Source: Caulobacteraceae bacterium (GTDB taxonomy: Bacteria > Pseudomonadota > Alphaproteobacteria > Caulobacterales > Aquidulcibacteraceae). Taken from it: DNA of 64,000 nt. Below the pieces are notes generated by a model. That model worked only from the letters and a program-made list of their open reading frames with translations, did no database searches and was not told the origin of the DNA. The stretch spans positions 2,530-66,529 of the forward strand of contig JBQTJK010000040.1 of NCBI GenBank assembly GCA_052387215.1, read 5' to 3'. Shown one piece after another: positions 9,193 through 17,304 of this stretch. Each line of letters starts with the position of its first letter. The first letter of the stretch is position 1. The position numbers were made by a program, and so were the translations under genes.

Positions 9193-9850
9193 AGAAGCGC
9201 GCAATGCGTTCGATCGGCGCGCCCACGCTGAACATAGTGAGACAGACAAGGTTGCGCGCGCTGCGCGCCACCCAGCCATCATCGCGCCAGCGCTGCGCCG
9301 ATGTAATCGCCGTACAAGGCAATGCCCTCAATCTACGCCGGCCGAGCCGGCGAACAAGATCGACATCCTCCATCAGCGGGAGCGGACGAAAGCCGCCAAG
9401 CGCCGCGTAAAGGCGCCGATGGATCAGGAGACCCTGATCTCCATAAGGCAGCGCAAGGACCTTGACCCGCAGCGCGACGAGCGCTTCCAACACGCGCGCT
9501 TGCCAGGCGCGATCGCCGAGCTTGAAGCGGAATACACACGCGATATCGGCCGCATTCGAGCTGCGCATATGCGCGTCGACATGTGTACGCCAATCCGCCG
9601 CGAGGACCGTGTCCGCGTGGAGAAAGAGCAGCCAGTCCTCTGTCGCCGCTTCGGCGCCAGCGTGCATTTGCTGTCCCCGCCCCCGCTCCGCTGTGACGAC
9701 GCGGGCGCCGGCGGCGCGGGCGAGGCGCACGCTCGCGTCTAGAGAGCCGCCATCAACGACGATGATTTCTTCGGCCGCCGCGATCGACCGAAGCGTCGCC
9801 GGCAAGCTCGCTTCGGCATTCAGCGCCGGGATGATGAGGGAAACACCCAT
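9182..9850 (-). CDS. TIGR04283-like family 2 glycosyltransferase (arsenosugar-cluster associated)
   Basis: SLIIPALNAE, VVDGGSLD, GRGQQMHAGA, LLFLHADT, YGDQGL, LMEDVDL, TSAQRW. Confidence 0.9.
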   Translation of the reverse strand: MGVSLIIPALNAEASLPATLRSIAAAEEIIVVDGGSLDASVRLARAAGARVVTAERGRGQQMHAGAEAATEDWLLFLHADTVLAADWRTHVDAHMRSSNAADIACVFRFKLGDRAWQARVLEALVALRVKVLALPYGDQGLLIHRRLYAALGGFRPLPLMEDVDLVRRLGRRRLRALPCTAITSAQRWRDDGWVARSARNLVCLTMFSVGAPIERIARFYER

Positions 9851-9873
9851 TGGTCCTACATGGTCGCTTCAGT

Positions 9874-9899
9874 TCGGGCTTGGCAAGGGCGGCGGTTAC
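9874..9899 (-). promoter_or_regulatory. ECF-sigma-type promoter GTAACC-N17-CGAA for the GT2-TIGR04282-DUF1499-desaturase operon
   Basis: Minus strand reads aGTAACCgccgcccttgccaagccCGAAct, about 25 nt before ATG 9850; resembles the SigF/ECF16 consensus; spacer one base longer than the other copies. Confidence 0.55.
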
Positions 9900-9920
9900 T
9901 GCGACGGCTGCGTAGAGGCT

Positions 9921-9946
9921 GCAACCCGCGTCGCGGTGGGCGCGTA
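9921..9946 (+). promoter_or_regulatory. ECF-sigma-type promoter GCAACC-N16-CGTA for dedA-oxidoreductase-mtnP
   Basis: GCAACC cgcgtcgcggtgggcg CGTA, 46 nt before GTG 9993. Confidence 0.65.
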
Positions 9947-9992
9947 TCCAGATTGGGCGGGCTCGTGCTGCATCGGTACGGGAGGATGAAGC

Positions 9993-10727
9993 GTGGCAGA
10001 TAGCGAGCAAGCGGCGCCGGTTCGGCGCGGCGTGATAGGGCGAGTGGCGCTGGTTGGCATGCTAGCGCTTGCGCTCCTTGCGGCATGGCAATTCGGCCTC
10101 TTCGACTATCTCAACTTCGAAGCCCTACGGGCGCAGCGCGAGGACTTGTCCGCCTTCGTTGCCGCCAATCGGGTTCTGGCGTTCGCCGCCTTTGTTGCGG
10201 TCTACGTGCTCGTGACGGCGCTCGCGTTTCCAGGCGCATTCTGGGTCACGATCCTAGGCGGCTATTTGTTCGGTTTGGCTGGCGGCGCCATCGCCACGAC
10301 CATCGGCGCCACTTTAGGCGCGACAGCGTTATTCGTGATCGCGCGCTATCTGCTTGCCGATACATTGCGCGCGCGCGCCGGTCCTTTTCTGAAGCGCTTG
10401 GAAGCCGGCTTCCAGGAAAACGCCGTCAGCTATTTGCTGACGCTGCGCCTTGTTCCGGTCGTGCCGTTCTTCATCGCCAATGTCGCACCCGCTTTTCTCG
10501 GCGCGCGTTTGGCCACGTTCGCCTGGACGACTGCGGTCGGCATCATCCCCGGCGTCATTGCTTACACCTGGATTGGCGCAGGCCTCGGCGCAGCGTTTGA
10601 CGCCGGCGAAGCGCCCGACATCGCAGCGTTCGCACGCGAGCTGGCCCCTGCTTTCATCGCGTTGGCGCTGCTTACCATTGCGCCGGCGATCTATCGCCAG
10701 TTCAAACGTCCAAGGACCGCCACCTAG
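9993..10727 (+). CDS. TVP38/TMEM64 (DedA / VTT domain) membrane protein
   Basis: FPGAFWVTILGGYLFG, GATLGA, LRLVPVVPF..N, TAVGIIPG; GGAGG ribosome site. Confidence 0.92.
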   Translation: MADSEQAAPVRRGVIGRVALVGMLALALLAAWQFGLFDYLNFEALRAQREDLSAFVAANRVLAFAAFVAVYVLVTALAFPGAFWVTILGGYLFGLAGGAIATTIGATLGATALFVIARYLLADTLRARAGPFLKRLEAGFQENAVSYLLTLRLVPVVPFFIANVAPAFLGARLATFAWTTAVGIIPGVIAYTWIGAGLGAAFDAGEAPDIAAFARELAPAFIALALLTIAPAIYRQFKRPRTAT

Positions 10728-10740
10728 GAAACAAATCGCA

Positions 10741-12171
10741 ATGGAAAGCATCAAAGCCGACATCGCCATCATCGGCGCCGGCTCGGCCGGACTGGTCGCG
10801 GCCTCGGGGGCCGCACAGCTCGGCCAGAGAGTCGTGCTGTTCGAAGGCGGCGAAATGGGCGGCGACTGCCTGAACTATGGTTGTGTGCCCTCAAAATCAC
10901 TGATCGCTGCGGCGCGCGCAGCGGAAGGCGCGCGCGCCTCCGGCCCTCTCGGCTTGGAGATGACGCCGCCACGGACCGACTGGCCCCGCGTCAGAGCGCA
11001 CGTGCGTGGCGTGATCGACACAATCGCGCCAAACGACAGCCAAGAGCGCTTCGAGGGCCTGGGCGTGCGGGTCGTGCGCGAACGCGCGCGCTTTGCCGAC
11101 CCGCGTACGATCGTCTCAGAGAGCGTGCGCGTACGCGCGCGCATCATGGCGATCGCCACCGGCGCACGCGCCGGCGCTCCACCCATTCCGGGCTTGAGCG
11201 AAGTCCCCTATCTCACCAACGAAACCATCTTCGACATCGAGACGCTGCCCGCTCATCTTGTGATCCTGGGCGCAGGCGCGATTGGCTTGGAACTTGGACA
11301 AGCGTTTCGCCGCCTGGGCGCCGAGGTTACGCTGCTTGAGGCCGGCACGCTCTTCGGCGGCAAAGACAAAGGGGCGGCGGACGTTCTGCGCGCAAAGATG
11401 GCCGCAGAAGGGGTGACCCTGCTCGAATCCACGAACGTGCAGCGGATCGAAAACGCGGACGGCGCCATCGCCGCACACATCGAAAGAAACGGCGCCGCCA
11501 CACGGATCGAAGGCACGCATCTACTGGTCGCAACTGGGCGCAAACCCAACATCGAAGATCTAGGACTCGAAGCCGCTGGCGTCGCGTTCAGCGCGCCCGG
11601 TGTTACAACCGACGCAACACTGCGCACGTCCAATCGGCGCATCTACGCACTTGGCGACGTCGCCTCGCGCGAGCAGTTCACGCATGCCGCCGGCCTCCAT
11701 GGCTCATTGTTCGTACGCAACGCCCTCTTCAAACTATCACCCGGTCGCGCTGATGCGCCGCCCATCCCTCGTGTCATCTACACTGAGCCCGAATATGCAG
11801 CTGTTGGCCTTTCAGAGGCGGAAGCGCGGGAACGCTGGGGCGATCAGGTGCGCGTACTCTTTGTGCCGATGCACGACAATGACCGCGCCCAAACCGAGCG
11901 CGATGTTGAAGGTTTCGCCCGCATCATCGTTCGCAACACTGGCGATATCCTGGGCGCGGTCATCGTCGGCGCGCATGCCGGCGAAACAATTGCGACCGTC
12001 GCGCTGGCGATGGCCAACAAACTCAGAATAGCCGCCTTCACCTCAAGCTTTGTGCCCGCCTATCCGACCCGCGCGGAAATCTTGAAGCGCGCCGCAGGCC
12101 AGTTCTACACAGAGAGCCTGTTTTCCTCGCGCACCAAGCTTTTGGTACGCCTGCTCGCACATCTGCCTTGA
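10741..12171 (+). CDS. FAD-dependent pyridine nucleotide-disulfide oxidoreductase (dihydrolipoamide dehydrogenase/MerA-like family, not MerA)
   Basis: GAGSAG (FAD), GGDCLNYGCVPSK redox disulfide, GAGAIG (NAD(P)H), GD motif; start ATG 10741; no HMA domain or C-terminal Cys-Cys. Confidence 0.9.
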   Translation: MESIKADIAIIGAGSAGLVAASGAAQLGQRVVLFEGGEMGGDCLNYGCVPSKSLIAAARAAEGARASGPLGLEMTPPRTDWPRVRAHVRGVIDTIAPNDSQERFEGLGVRVVRERARFADPRTIVSESVRVRARIMAIATGARAGAPPIPGLSEVPYLTNETIFDIETLPAHLVILGAGAIGLELGQAFRRLGAEVTLLEAGTLFGGKDKGAADVLRAKMAAEGVTLLESTNVQRIENADGAIAAHIERNGAATRIEGTHLLVATGRKPNIEDLGLEAAGVAFSAPGVTTDATLRTSNRRIYALGDVASREQFTHAAGLHGSLFVRNALFKLSPGRADAPPIPRVIYTEPEYAAVGLSEAEARERWGDQVRVLFVPMHDNDRAQTERDVEGFARIIVRNTGDILGAVIVGAHAGETIATVALAMANKLRIAAFTSSFVPAYPTRAEILKRAAGQFYTESLFSSRTKLLVRLLAHLP

Positions 12172-12181
12172 GAGGAATCCG

Positions 12182-13057
12182 ATGACCACATGGCGCTTGG
12201 GCGTGATCGGCGGTTCGGGGCTTTATGACATCGACGCCATAGAGGACCGGCGCTGGTCGCGCATCCTCAGTCCCTGGGGTGAGGCTTCGGACGAGGTTCT
12301 GACCGGCGTCCTCCACGGCGTGCCGCTTACATTTCTGCCAAGGCACGGCAGAGGCCACAGGCTCTCACCGTCAGCCATCAACGCGCGCGCCAATATCGAC
12401 GTGCTGAAGCGGGCGGGCTGCACCGACATTCTCTCCATCGCAGCAGTAGGATCTTTGCGCGAAGATCTGCCGCCCGGCGCTTTTGTGCTCGCGGATCAAT
12501 ATATCGATTGCACGCGCGCGCGCCCGCAGAGTTTCTTTGGTGAAGGGCTCGTTGCGCATGTCGCGATGGCCAACCCGGTCTGCCCGCGGCTCTCGGCGCT
12601 GGTGCGCGACGCCGGCGCCCGCGCCGGTGTCGAGATCGGCGGCGGCGCTACATATTTGGCGATGGAGGGTCCGCAATTTTCAACGCGGGCGGAGAGCCGT
12701 CTTTACCGCAGCTGGGGATGCGACGTCATTGGCATGACGGCGATGCCAGAAGCACGCTTGGCGCGCGAGGCCGAACTTCCCTATGCAGCACTTTGCATGG
12801 TCACCGACTACGATTGCTGGCGTACAGATGATGCGGATGTCGATGTCGGCGCCATCCTTTCGGTGATGCGCGCCAATGCCGAGGCTGCCCGCCGCGTGAT
12901 TGCCGACCTGGTGCAGCATCTCAGTCAAACCCAGCGTCCGCCTTCGCCGATCGACACCGTGCTCGATTCCGCGATCGTCACCGATCCAGCGATCTGGGAT
13001 CAAGCGCTCATGAGCAAGCTGGACGCGATCTGCTCGCGGCGTTTCGCCAAAACGTGA
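12182..13057 (+). CDS. mtnP: S-methyl-5'-thioadenosine phosphorylase family (PNP/MTAP)
   Basis: GVIGGSG, LPRHGRGH, EGPQFSTRAES, IGMT..PEARLAREA, VTDYDCW. Confidence 0.92.
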   Translation: MTTWRLGVIGGSGLYDIDAIEDRRWSRILSPWGEASDEVLTGVLHGVPLTFLPRHGRGHRLSPSAINARANIDVLKRAGCTDILSIAAVGSLREDLPPGAFVLADQYIDCTRARPQSFFGEGLVAHVAMANPVCPRLSALVRDAGARAGVEIGGGATYLAMEGPQFSTRAESRLYRSWGCDVIGMTAMPEARLAREAELPYAALCMVTDYDCWRTDDADVDVGAILSVMRANAEAARRVIADLVQHLSQTQRPPSPIDTVLDSAIVTDPAIWDQALMSKLDAICSRRFAKT

Positions 13058-13071
13058 AAAGCGCCGGCCGC

Positions 13072-14028
13072 TCAGGCCGAACAGCTGCCGCCGCCAAGAA
13101 CACAAAATTTGGCGCAGTGGCGGTGGTTGAGCTTCACTGGCGCCACCGCGCCCTTAAGCGTTGGTCCAAGTTCGAAGCCCTGATCGTACGGCAACAAGGT
13201 GCAGGCAAGCACGGCCGGGGCGGCAGCGCCGGCGCGCTTGACCAGCATGCGCGCGCTTGCACACATCATCGCGCGCGGATCGACGTTGAGAATGTCCCAG
13301 CATTTCTCGCTGATCTCCGGCACGTCGACGCTCTCGTCCATCTCTGGGAAAAGCATGAGCTTCGCGGGATCGTAAGCATTGATCCCCCAGCCTTGGGCCG
13401 CGCTCAAGCGCGCATAGCCGGCCCGCGCCTGCGCTTCGCTTTCATGCCAAAGCGTCCGCCCCGCAAGTGAAATCCCAAATCCGTTGGCGATGAGCCAAGC
13501 GATGCCGTCAATCGTCTCCTCAAAGCCGCCGGGGCCGCGCTCTTCGTCATGACGGTCCGCGCTATAATGATCGAGGCTCACCCGAAGCGCCAATCGCGAA
13601 GCGTAAGCCTGTCGCAGGCCAAGAAGTGCGGCGCGCGGTTTGGGCCGCATCATCGGCCGCATCGCGTTGGTGAGAATGAGCACCAGATGCCCGCGCGCCA
13701 GCACCATTTCGGCGAGATCGCCCATGTGCGGGTTCATGAAAGGCTCGCCGCCGGTGAACCCAACTTCAATTGGCTCTGGGCTAAGAGCTTCGGCCTCCGC
13801 CAGGAACGGCGCGAGGTCGGCGGGGGTGAAATAGCTCAGCCGGTCGTTGGTGGGCGAGCTCTCAATGTAGCAGTTGGCGCATGTGATGTTGCAGAGCGTG
13901 CCAGTATTGACCCAGAGCGTCTTCAAGCTGTCGAACGCCACCACCGCCCGCGCCTCACCTTTCGCGGTGAGATCGGGATCCGAGAATTTGCCGGCGCCGA
14001 TGTGGCGGGTTTGTGCATCCACGCTCAT
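13072..14028 (-). CDS. Radical SAM protein with Cys-rich C-terminus, ArsS-like
   Basis: LWVNTGTLCNITCANCYIESSP (CxxxCxxC), FTGGEPF, LTN; C-terminal MC..C..HCAKFCVLGGGSC; start ATG 14028 overlaps the arsM stop (TGATG). Confidence 0.85.
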   Translation of the reverse strand: MSVDAQTRHIGAGKFSDPDLTAKGEARAVVAFDSLKTLWVNTGTLCNITCANCYIESSPTNDRLSYFTPADLAPFLAEAEALSPEPIEVGFTGGEPFMNPHMGDLAEMVLARGHLVLILTNAMRPMMRPKPRAALLGLRQAYASRLALRVSLDHYSADRHDEERGPGGFEETIDGIAWLIANGFGISLAGRTLWHESEAQARAGYARLSAAQGWGINAYDPAKLMLFPEMDESVDVPEISEKCWDILNVDPRAMMCASARMLVKRAGAAAPAVLACTLLPYDQGFELGPTLKGAVAPVKLNHRHCAKFCVLGGGSCSA

Positions 14029-15089
14029 CAGCAGCATCCCGGCGCCGGCGCCGCCCCAACGTCTGCCTCTGCGAAAGGCGCTTCGGCGCCGCAACCGGGA
14101 AATATCCCGAAGTGTCTCGCGAAATCGCCGATGAACTCGAAGTGCGGCGTAAAGCGGCTTTCCCGCAACATGCGCCAAGTGTTGCCGCACACCGCAAAGA
14201 CCTTACCCGCCTCGATCCGGTGATGGGCATCAAGCTCAAACACAGTTTCGGCGCCAGTGACGCCGCCACGATAGATGACGGCCTGGCCATAATCTTCGCA
14301 CGCAGGCTCTAGATCGGGAATGTTGTAGAGCCGGTAGGTCGCCGAGTAAAAGCGCGCCGCGCCGAGTAGCGAGGCGAGTGTTGCGTCGGTAATGGCGAGC
14401 GCCCTCGATTTGACCAAGCGCGGATCTGGAAATCCGCTCGCGCGCGCCAAGTGTTGAAAGTCGTTCCAGTAAAGCGCGCCCGCCAAACACTCCCCGTGCA
14501 GCACCGGATCAGTCTTCAGCGCTTCGGGCAGACGCCGGTCAGCGTAGACATCGGCGAAGTAAAATTCGCCGCCAGCTTTGAGCAGCGCACGCGCCGCCGC
14601 GAACACAGCAGCCTTGTTCTCAACCAGATTGATCACGCAATTGGAGACAATCACGTCGAAGCTCTCCGGTTGGAGCCCAAGAGTGTCCAATTGGGTGATA
14701 TCGCCGTCCACGAAAGTCACGTTTGACCGGGAATAGCCGAACTGCTCGCGGTGCCACTCGGCGTGTTGACGGGCGACGCTCAGCTGCTCAGGTGTTGCAT
14801 CGACGCCAACGACCGCGCCGCGCGCGCCGACAAGTTGCGCCAACACGTACACATCTCGGCCCGCGCCGCAGCCCAGATCGAGAACGCGCGCGCCCTCTAG
14901 CTTCGCTGGTGCAACTAGCCCACAACCGTAGTAACGAGCTTCGACCTCGGGATGGACCCGTCTAAGGGCCGCTTCGACCAGGGCGCCCGGTCGATCGGCG
15001 GTCGAGCAGGCGTCGGTGCGTAAGTCGCGCGATCCGCCCAACACCTTGCCGTAATAATCGCGCGCATTCGCAAGCCCGCCATCCTCCAT
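14028..15089 (-). CDS. arsM: Arsenite S-adenosylmethionine methyltransferase (ArsM/AS3MT-type)
   Basis: Four Cys contexts typical of AS3MT: DLRTDACST, RYYGCGL, VSNCVINL, GECLAGALYW; SAM motif LDLGCGAGRD; ends PGCC; GGAG 8 nt before ATG 15089. Confidence 0.85.
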   Translation of the reverse strand: MEDGGLANARDYYGKVLGGSRDLRTDACSTADRPGALVEAALRRVHPEVEARYYGCGLVAPAKLEGARVLDLGCGAGRDVYVLAQLVGARGAVVGVDATPEQLSVARQHAEWHREQFGYSRSNVTFVDGDITQLDTLGLQPESFDVIVSNCVINLVENKAAVFAAARALLKAGGEFYFADVYADRRLPEALKTDPVLHGECLAGALYWNDFQHLARASGFPDPRLVKSRALAITDATLASLLGAARFYSATYRLYNIPDLEPACEDYGQAVIYRGGVTGAETVFELDAHHRIEAGKVFAVCGNTWRMLRESRFTPHFEFIGDFARHFGIFPGCGAEAPFAEADVGAAPAPGCC

Positions 15090-15118
15090 CGACACATCTC
15101 CGCTTTGTTTTCATTGAA

Positions 15119-15144
15119 TACGGGCGGCAGGCCCCAACGGTTTC
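15119..15144 (-). promoter_or_regulatory. ECF-sigma-type promoter GAAACC-N16-CGTA for arsM and the radical SAM gene
   Basis: Minus strand: GAAACC gttggggcctgccgcc CGTA, 29 nt before ATG 15089. Confidence 0.7.
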
Positions 15145-15174
15145 TGAACGGGCGGCCTTTGACCGATACCATAG

Positions 15175-15200
15175 GAAACCGAACGACCCGCTGGAGCGTA
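15175..15200 (+). promoter_or_regulatory. ECF-sigma-type promoter GAAACC-N16-CGTA for the DUF547 gene
   Basis: GAAACC gaacgacccgctggag CGTA, 31 nt before ATG 15232; back-to-back with the arsM copy. Confidence 0.7.
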
Positions 15201-15231
15201 GCATTCCCTGGGGCGAAGTCTGGGGGCCTTC

Positions 15232-16023
15232 ATGGGAGTTAAGAACTTGATACGGCGGTGTCTGCTGGCAGGCTTGACCCTCTCGTTTGTTCCTTCGGCG
15301 GCGATCGCAGCCGACGATCAGCCCTTCGATACGCTGCTGTCGCGCTATGTGGTGGTCTCGCCTGACGGGGTGAACCGGGTCCGGTATCGCGCCTGGGCCG
15401 CCAACACCGCTGACCGGGGCGCACTCGACGCCTATGTCGCCGCACTCGAACGCGAAGTCCCTTCCCGGATGGCGCGCAATGAAGCCTTTGCCTATTGGGC
15501 CAATCTCTACAACGCGGTGACGCTTCAAACCGTGCTGGAGAATTATCCTATCCGCTCGATCCGCGATGTTCGCAGCCGCACGCTCGATCCCCGCGGACTG
15601 ATCGGTCCGTGGCGAACCGAGCGCGTTCGCGTTGAGGGCCGACGCCTTACGCTTGACGCCATCGAGCATGACATTTTGCGGCCTACCTTTGGCGATCCGC
15701 GTGTGCACTATGCGGTCAATTGCGCCTCGATCGGCTGCCCCAACCTTCCGACCCGCGCCTGGCGCGCGGCAACGCTCGATCAAGACCTAGATGCCGCCGC
15801 ACGCGCCTATGTCAATCACAGACGCGGCGCGCGGTTCGACGCCAATGGGCGGCTGGAAGTCTCCAGTATCTATAACTGGTTCGCGAGGGATTTCGGCGGT
15901 TCACCAAATGGCGTGCTCGCGCATTTGCGCACCTACGCTGCGCCTGCGCTTTCGGAGCGTCTGCGATCGACACGCGTCGTCGCCGGCCATTCCTATGATT
16001 GGTCATTGAACGACGTAAACTAA
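15232..16023 (+). CDS. DUF547 domain exported protein
   Basis: Signal peptide; AYWANLYNAVT, TLDAIEHDILR, DPRVHYAVNCASIGCP, SSIYNWF..DF, YDWSLND. Confidence 0.92.
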   Translation: MGVKNLIRRCLLAGLTLSFVPSAAIAADDQPFDTLLSRYVVVSPDGVNRVRYRAWAANTADRGALDAYVAALEREVPSRMARNEAFAYWANLYNAVTLQTVLENYPIRSIRDVRSRTLDPRGLIGPWRTERVRVEGRRLTLDAIEHDILRPTFGDPRVHYAVNCASIGCPNLPTRAWRAATLDQDLDAAARAYVNHRRGARFDANGRLEVSSIYNWFARDFGGSPNGVLAHLRTYAAPALSERLRSTRVVAGHSYDWSLNDVN

Positions 16024-16043
16024 GCCATGCGAGCCAGTCTCGC

Positions 16044-16698
16044 TCACTCTCGTTCCTCCCTCTCGGGCCGGTACCATCGTTCGAGCCGCTCTGGCGCAAC
16101 GCCTAAATGATAGAGCCCTACCAGAATAGCGCTCATGAACTCGCGCCGCGCCACGCCATCGCGCAGAAACCGCCGCGCCGAAGTGGTCATCGGCGCACTG
16201 AGCTTCGCAATCCGCCCGGCCCGGCGCAGCCGCTGAAGAATCTCAACATCCTCAAAAAGCGGTAGATCGCGATAACCGCCGATCTGGTCGTAGGTCTCTC
16301 GCGTCACAAACAGACCCTGATCGCCATAGGTAAAAGCGCTCGTGTTGATACGGCTCATGAAGGCATAGACCCTGAGCAAGGGGTGGGCGTCATCGAAGGC
16401 GAGCCTGAAACACCCGGCGCTGACACCCGGGCGCGCCAGCGCCGCCTTAATCAGTACACGTGCTTCAGGCGGAGGCTTGGAATCCGCGTGAACGAAGAAG
16501 AGCGCCTCGCCCGAGGCCGCGCGCACTCGTCACCAATACGGCGCCCGCGGCGCGCGCCTCGGCATGCGTCTCATCGCGCGACCCACCATCGGCGACGACA
16601 ATGTCGTCGAAACCTTGTGACCGCAGCGCCGCAACAAGCGCGCCAATGCGCGCGCCTTCGTCGAGAGCCGGAATGACAACGCTGATGCGCATCTTCAA
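16044..16698 (-). pseudogene. Second TIGR04283-like GT2 glycosyltransferase, broken by an internal deletion/frameshift at 16516-16524
   Basis: Frame A: MRISVVIPALDE..VADGGSRD..VTSARG; frame B: AASGEALFFVHADS..YGDQGL..LFEDVE..TTSARRF; the GRGxQMxAGA segment present in the paralogue is missing. Confidence 0.85.
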
Positions 16699-17300
16699 GG
16701 TCGCGACACGCGCATGACCTCCACCCTCACCGCCTCCAGCACGCGCGGCGCGTCGCGCCGCATGCCGGCGCGAATAAGGCCAGACGGCAGCGGCGCGCGT
16801 GGCGCCAGGTAGAAATCATAGTGAAGCCGCGTCGCCTGCCCGCCTTCGCGTGGCTCCAGCACCCACGAGCCTTGCATGGAAGCCAGATCGCCGCTGATTC
16901 GATTGACCCGGATCACGCGCTCGGGCTCATACTCGGAACGAAAGCGCAGCCGCAACGTCGGCAGCAGCGCCAGCCAACGTATGCGATGCTCGCGCACGTC
17001 GCTCAATCCGTCGGCGGCGCGCTCGATTATGGCGCATGATTGAAGGCCCGGAACATAATGAGGGGCTCGTGCACAATCGAGCATAACCCTCCAGACGAGA
17101 GCCGGCGGCGCTGCAATGTCGATCGCCGCCTGCACCCGCCCACCTGGGCCCGCCGCGTCAACCACACGCGCGATCGCTTCGCCGCGCTCCAACCGCGCCT
17201 CGTCATCGGTGTTCCATTGGGCCATCGCGATGGTGGGCCAAAGCACAAGCGCGCACGCCGCTAGAAGCGCCGCCCCCACCCTTCGATGCAAAGCAAGCAT
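16695..17300 (-). CDS. SRPBCC/START (polyketide cyclase-like) ligand-binding protein with signal peptide
   Basis: AAIDIAAPPALVWRVMLDC..PHYVPGL..C, GDLASMQGSWVLEP; start ATG 17300, 4 nt after the PiT stop. Confidence 0.8.
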   Translation of the reverse strand: MLALHRRVGAALLAACALVLWPTIAMAQWNTDDEARLERGEAIARVVDAAGPGGRVQAAIDIAAPPALVWRVMLDCARAPHYVPGLQSCAIIERAADGLSDVREHRIRWLALLPTLRLRFRSEYEPERVIRVNRISGDLASMQGSWVLEPREGGQATRLHYDFYLAPRAPLPSGLIRAGMRRDAPRVLEAVRVEVMRVSRP

Positions 17301-17304
17301 GGGC

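Noticed and set aside
10741-12171. Mercuric reductase merA
   Set aside because: No HMA domain, no C-terminal Cys-Cys pair and no merR/merT/merP nearby
13072-15089. Selenocysteine recoding at the TGA stops of the radical SAM and arsM genes
   Set aside because: Both TGAs follow natural-looking C-termini (GGGSCSA, PGCC); the arsM TGA overlaps the next ATG; no in-frame internal TGA at a Cys position was found
17145-17154. att-site duplicate of the tRNA 3' end (TGGGCCCGCC)
   Set aside because: Only 10 bp, GC-rich and inside an intact coding region; expected by chance
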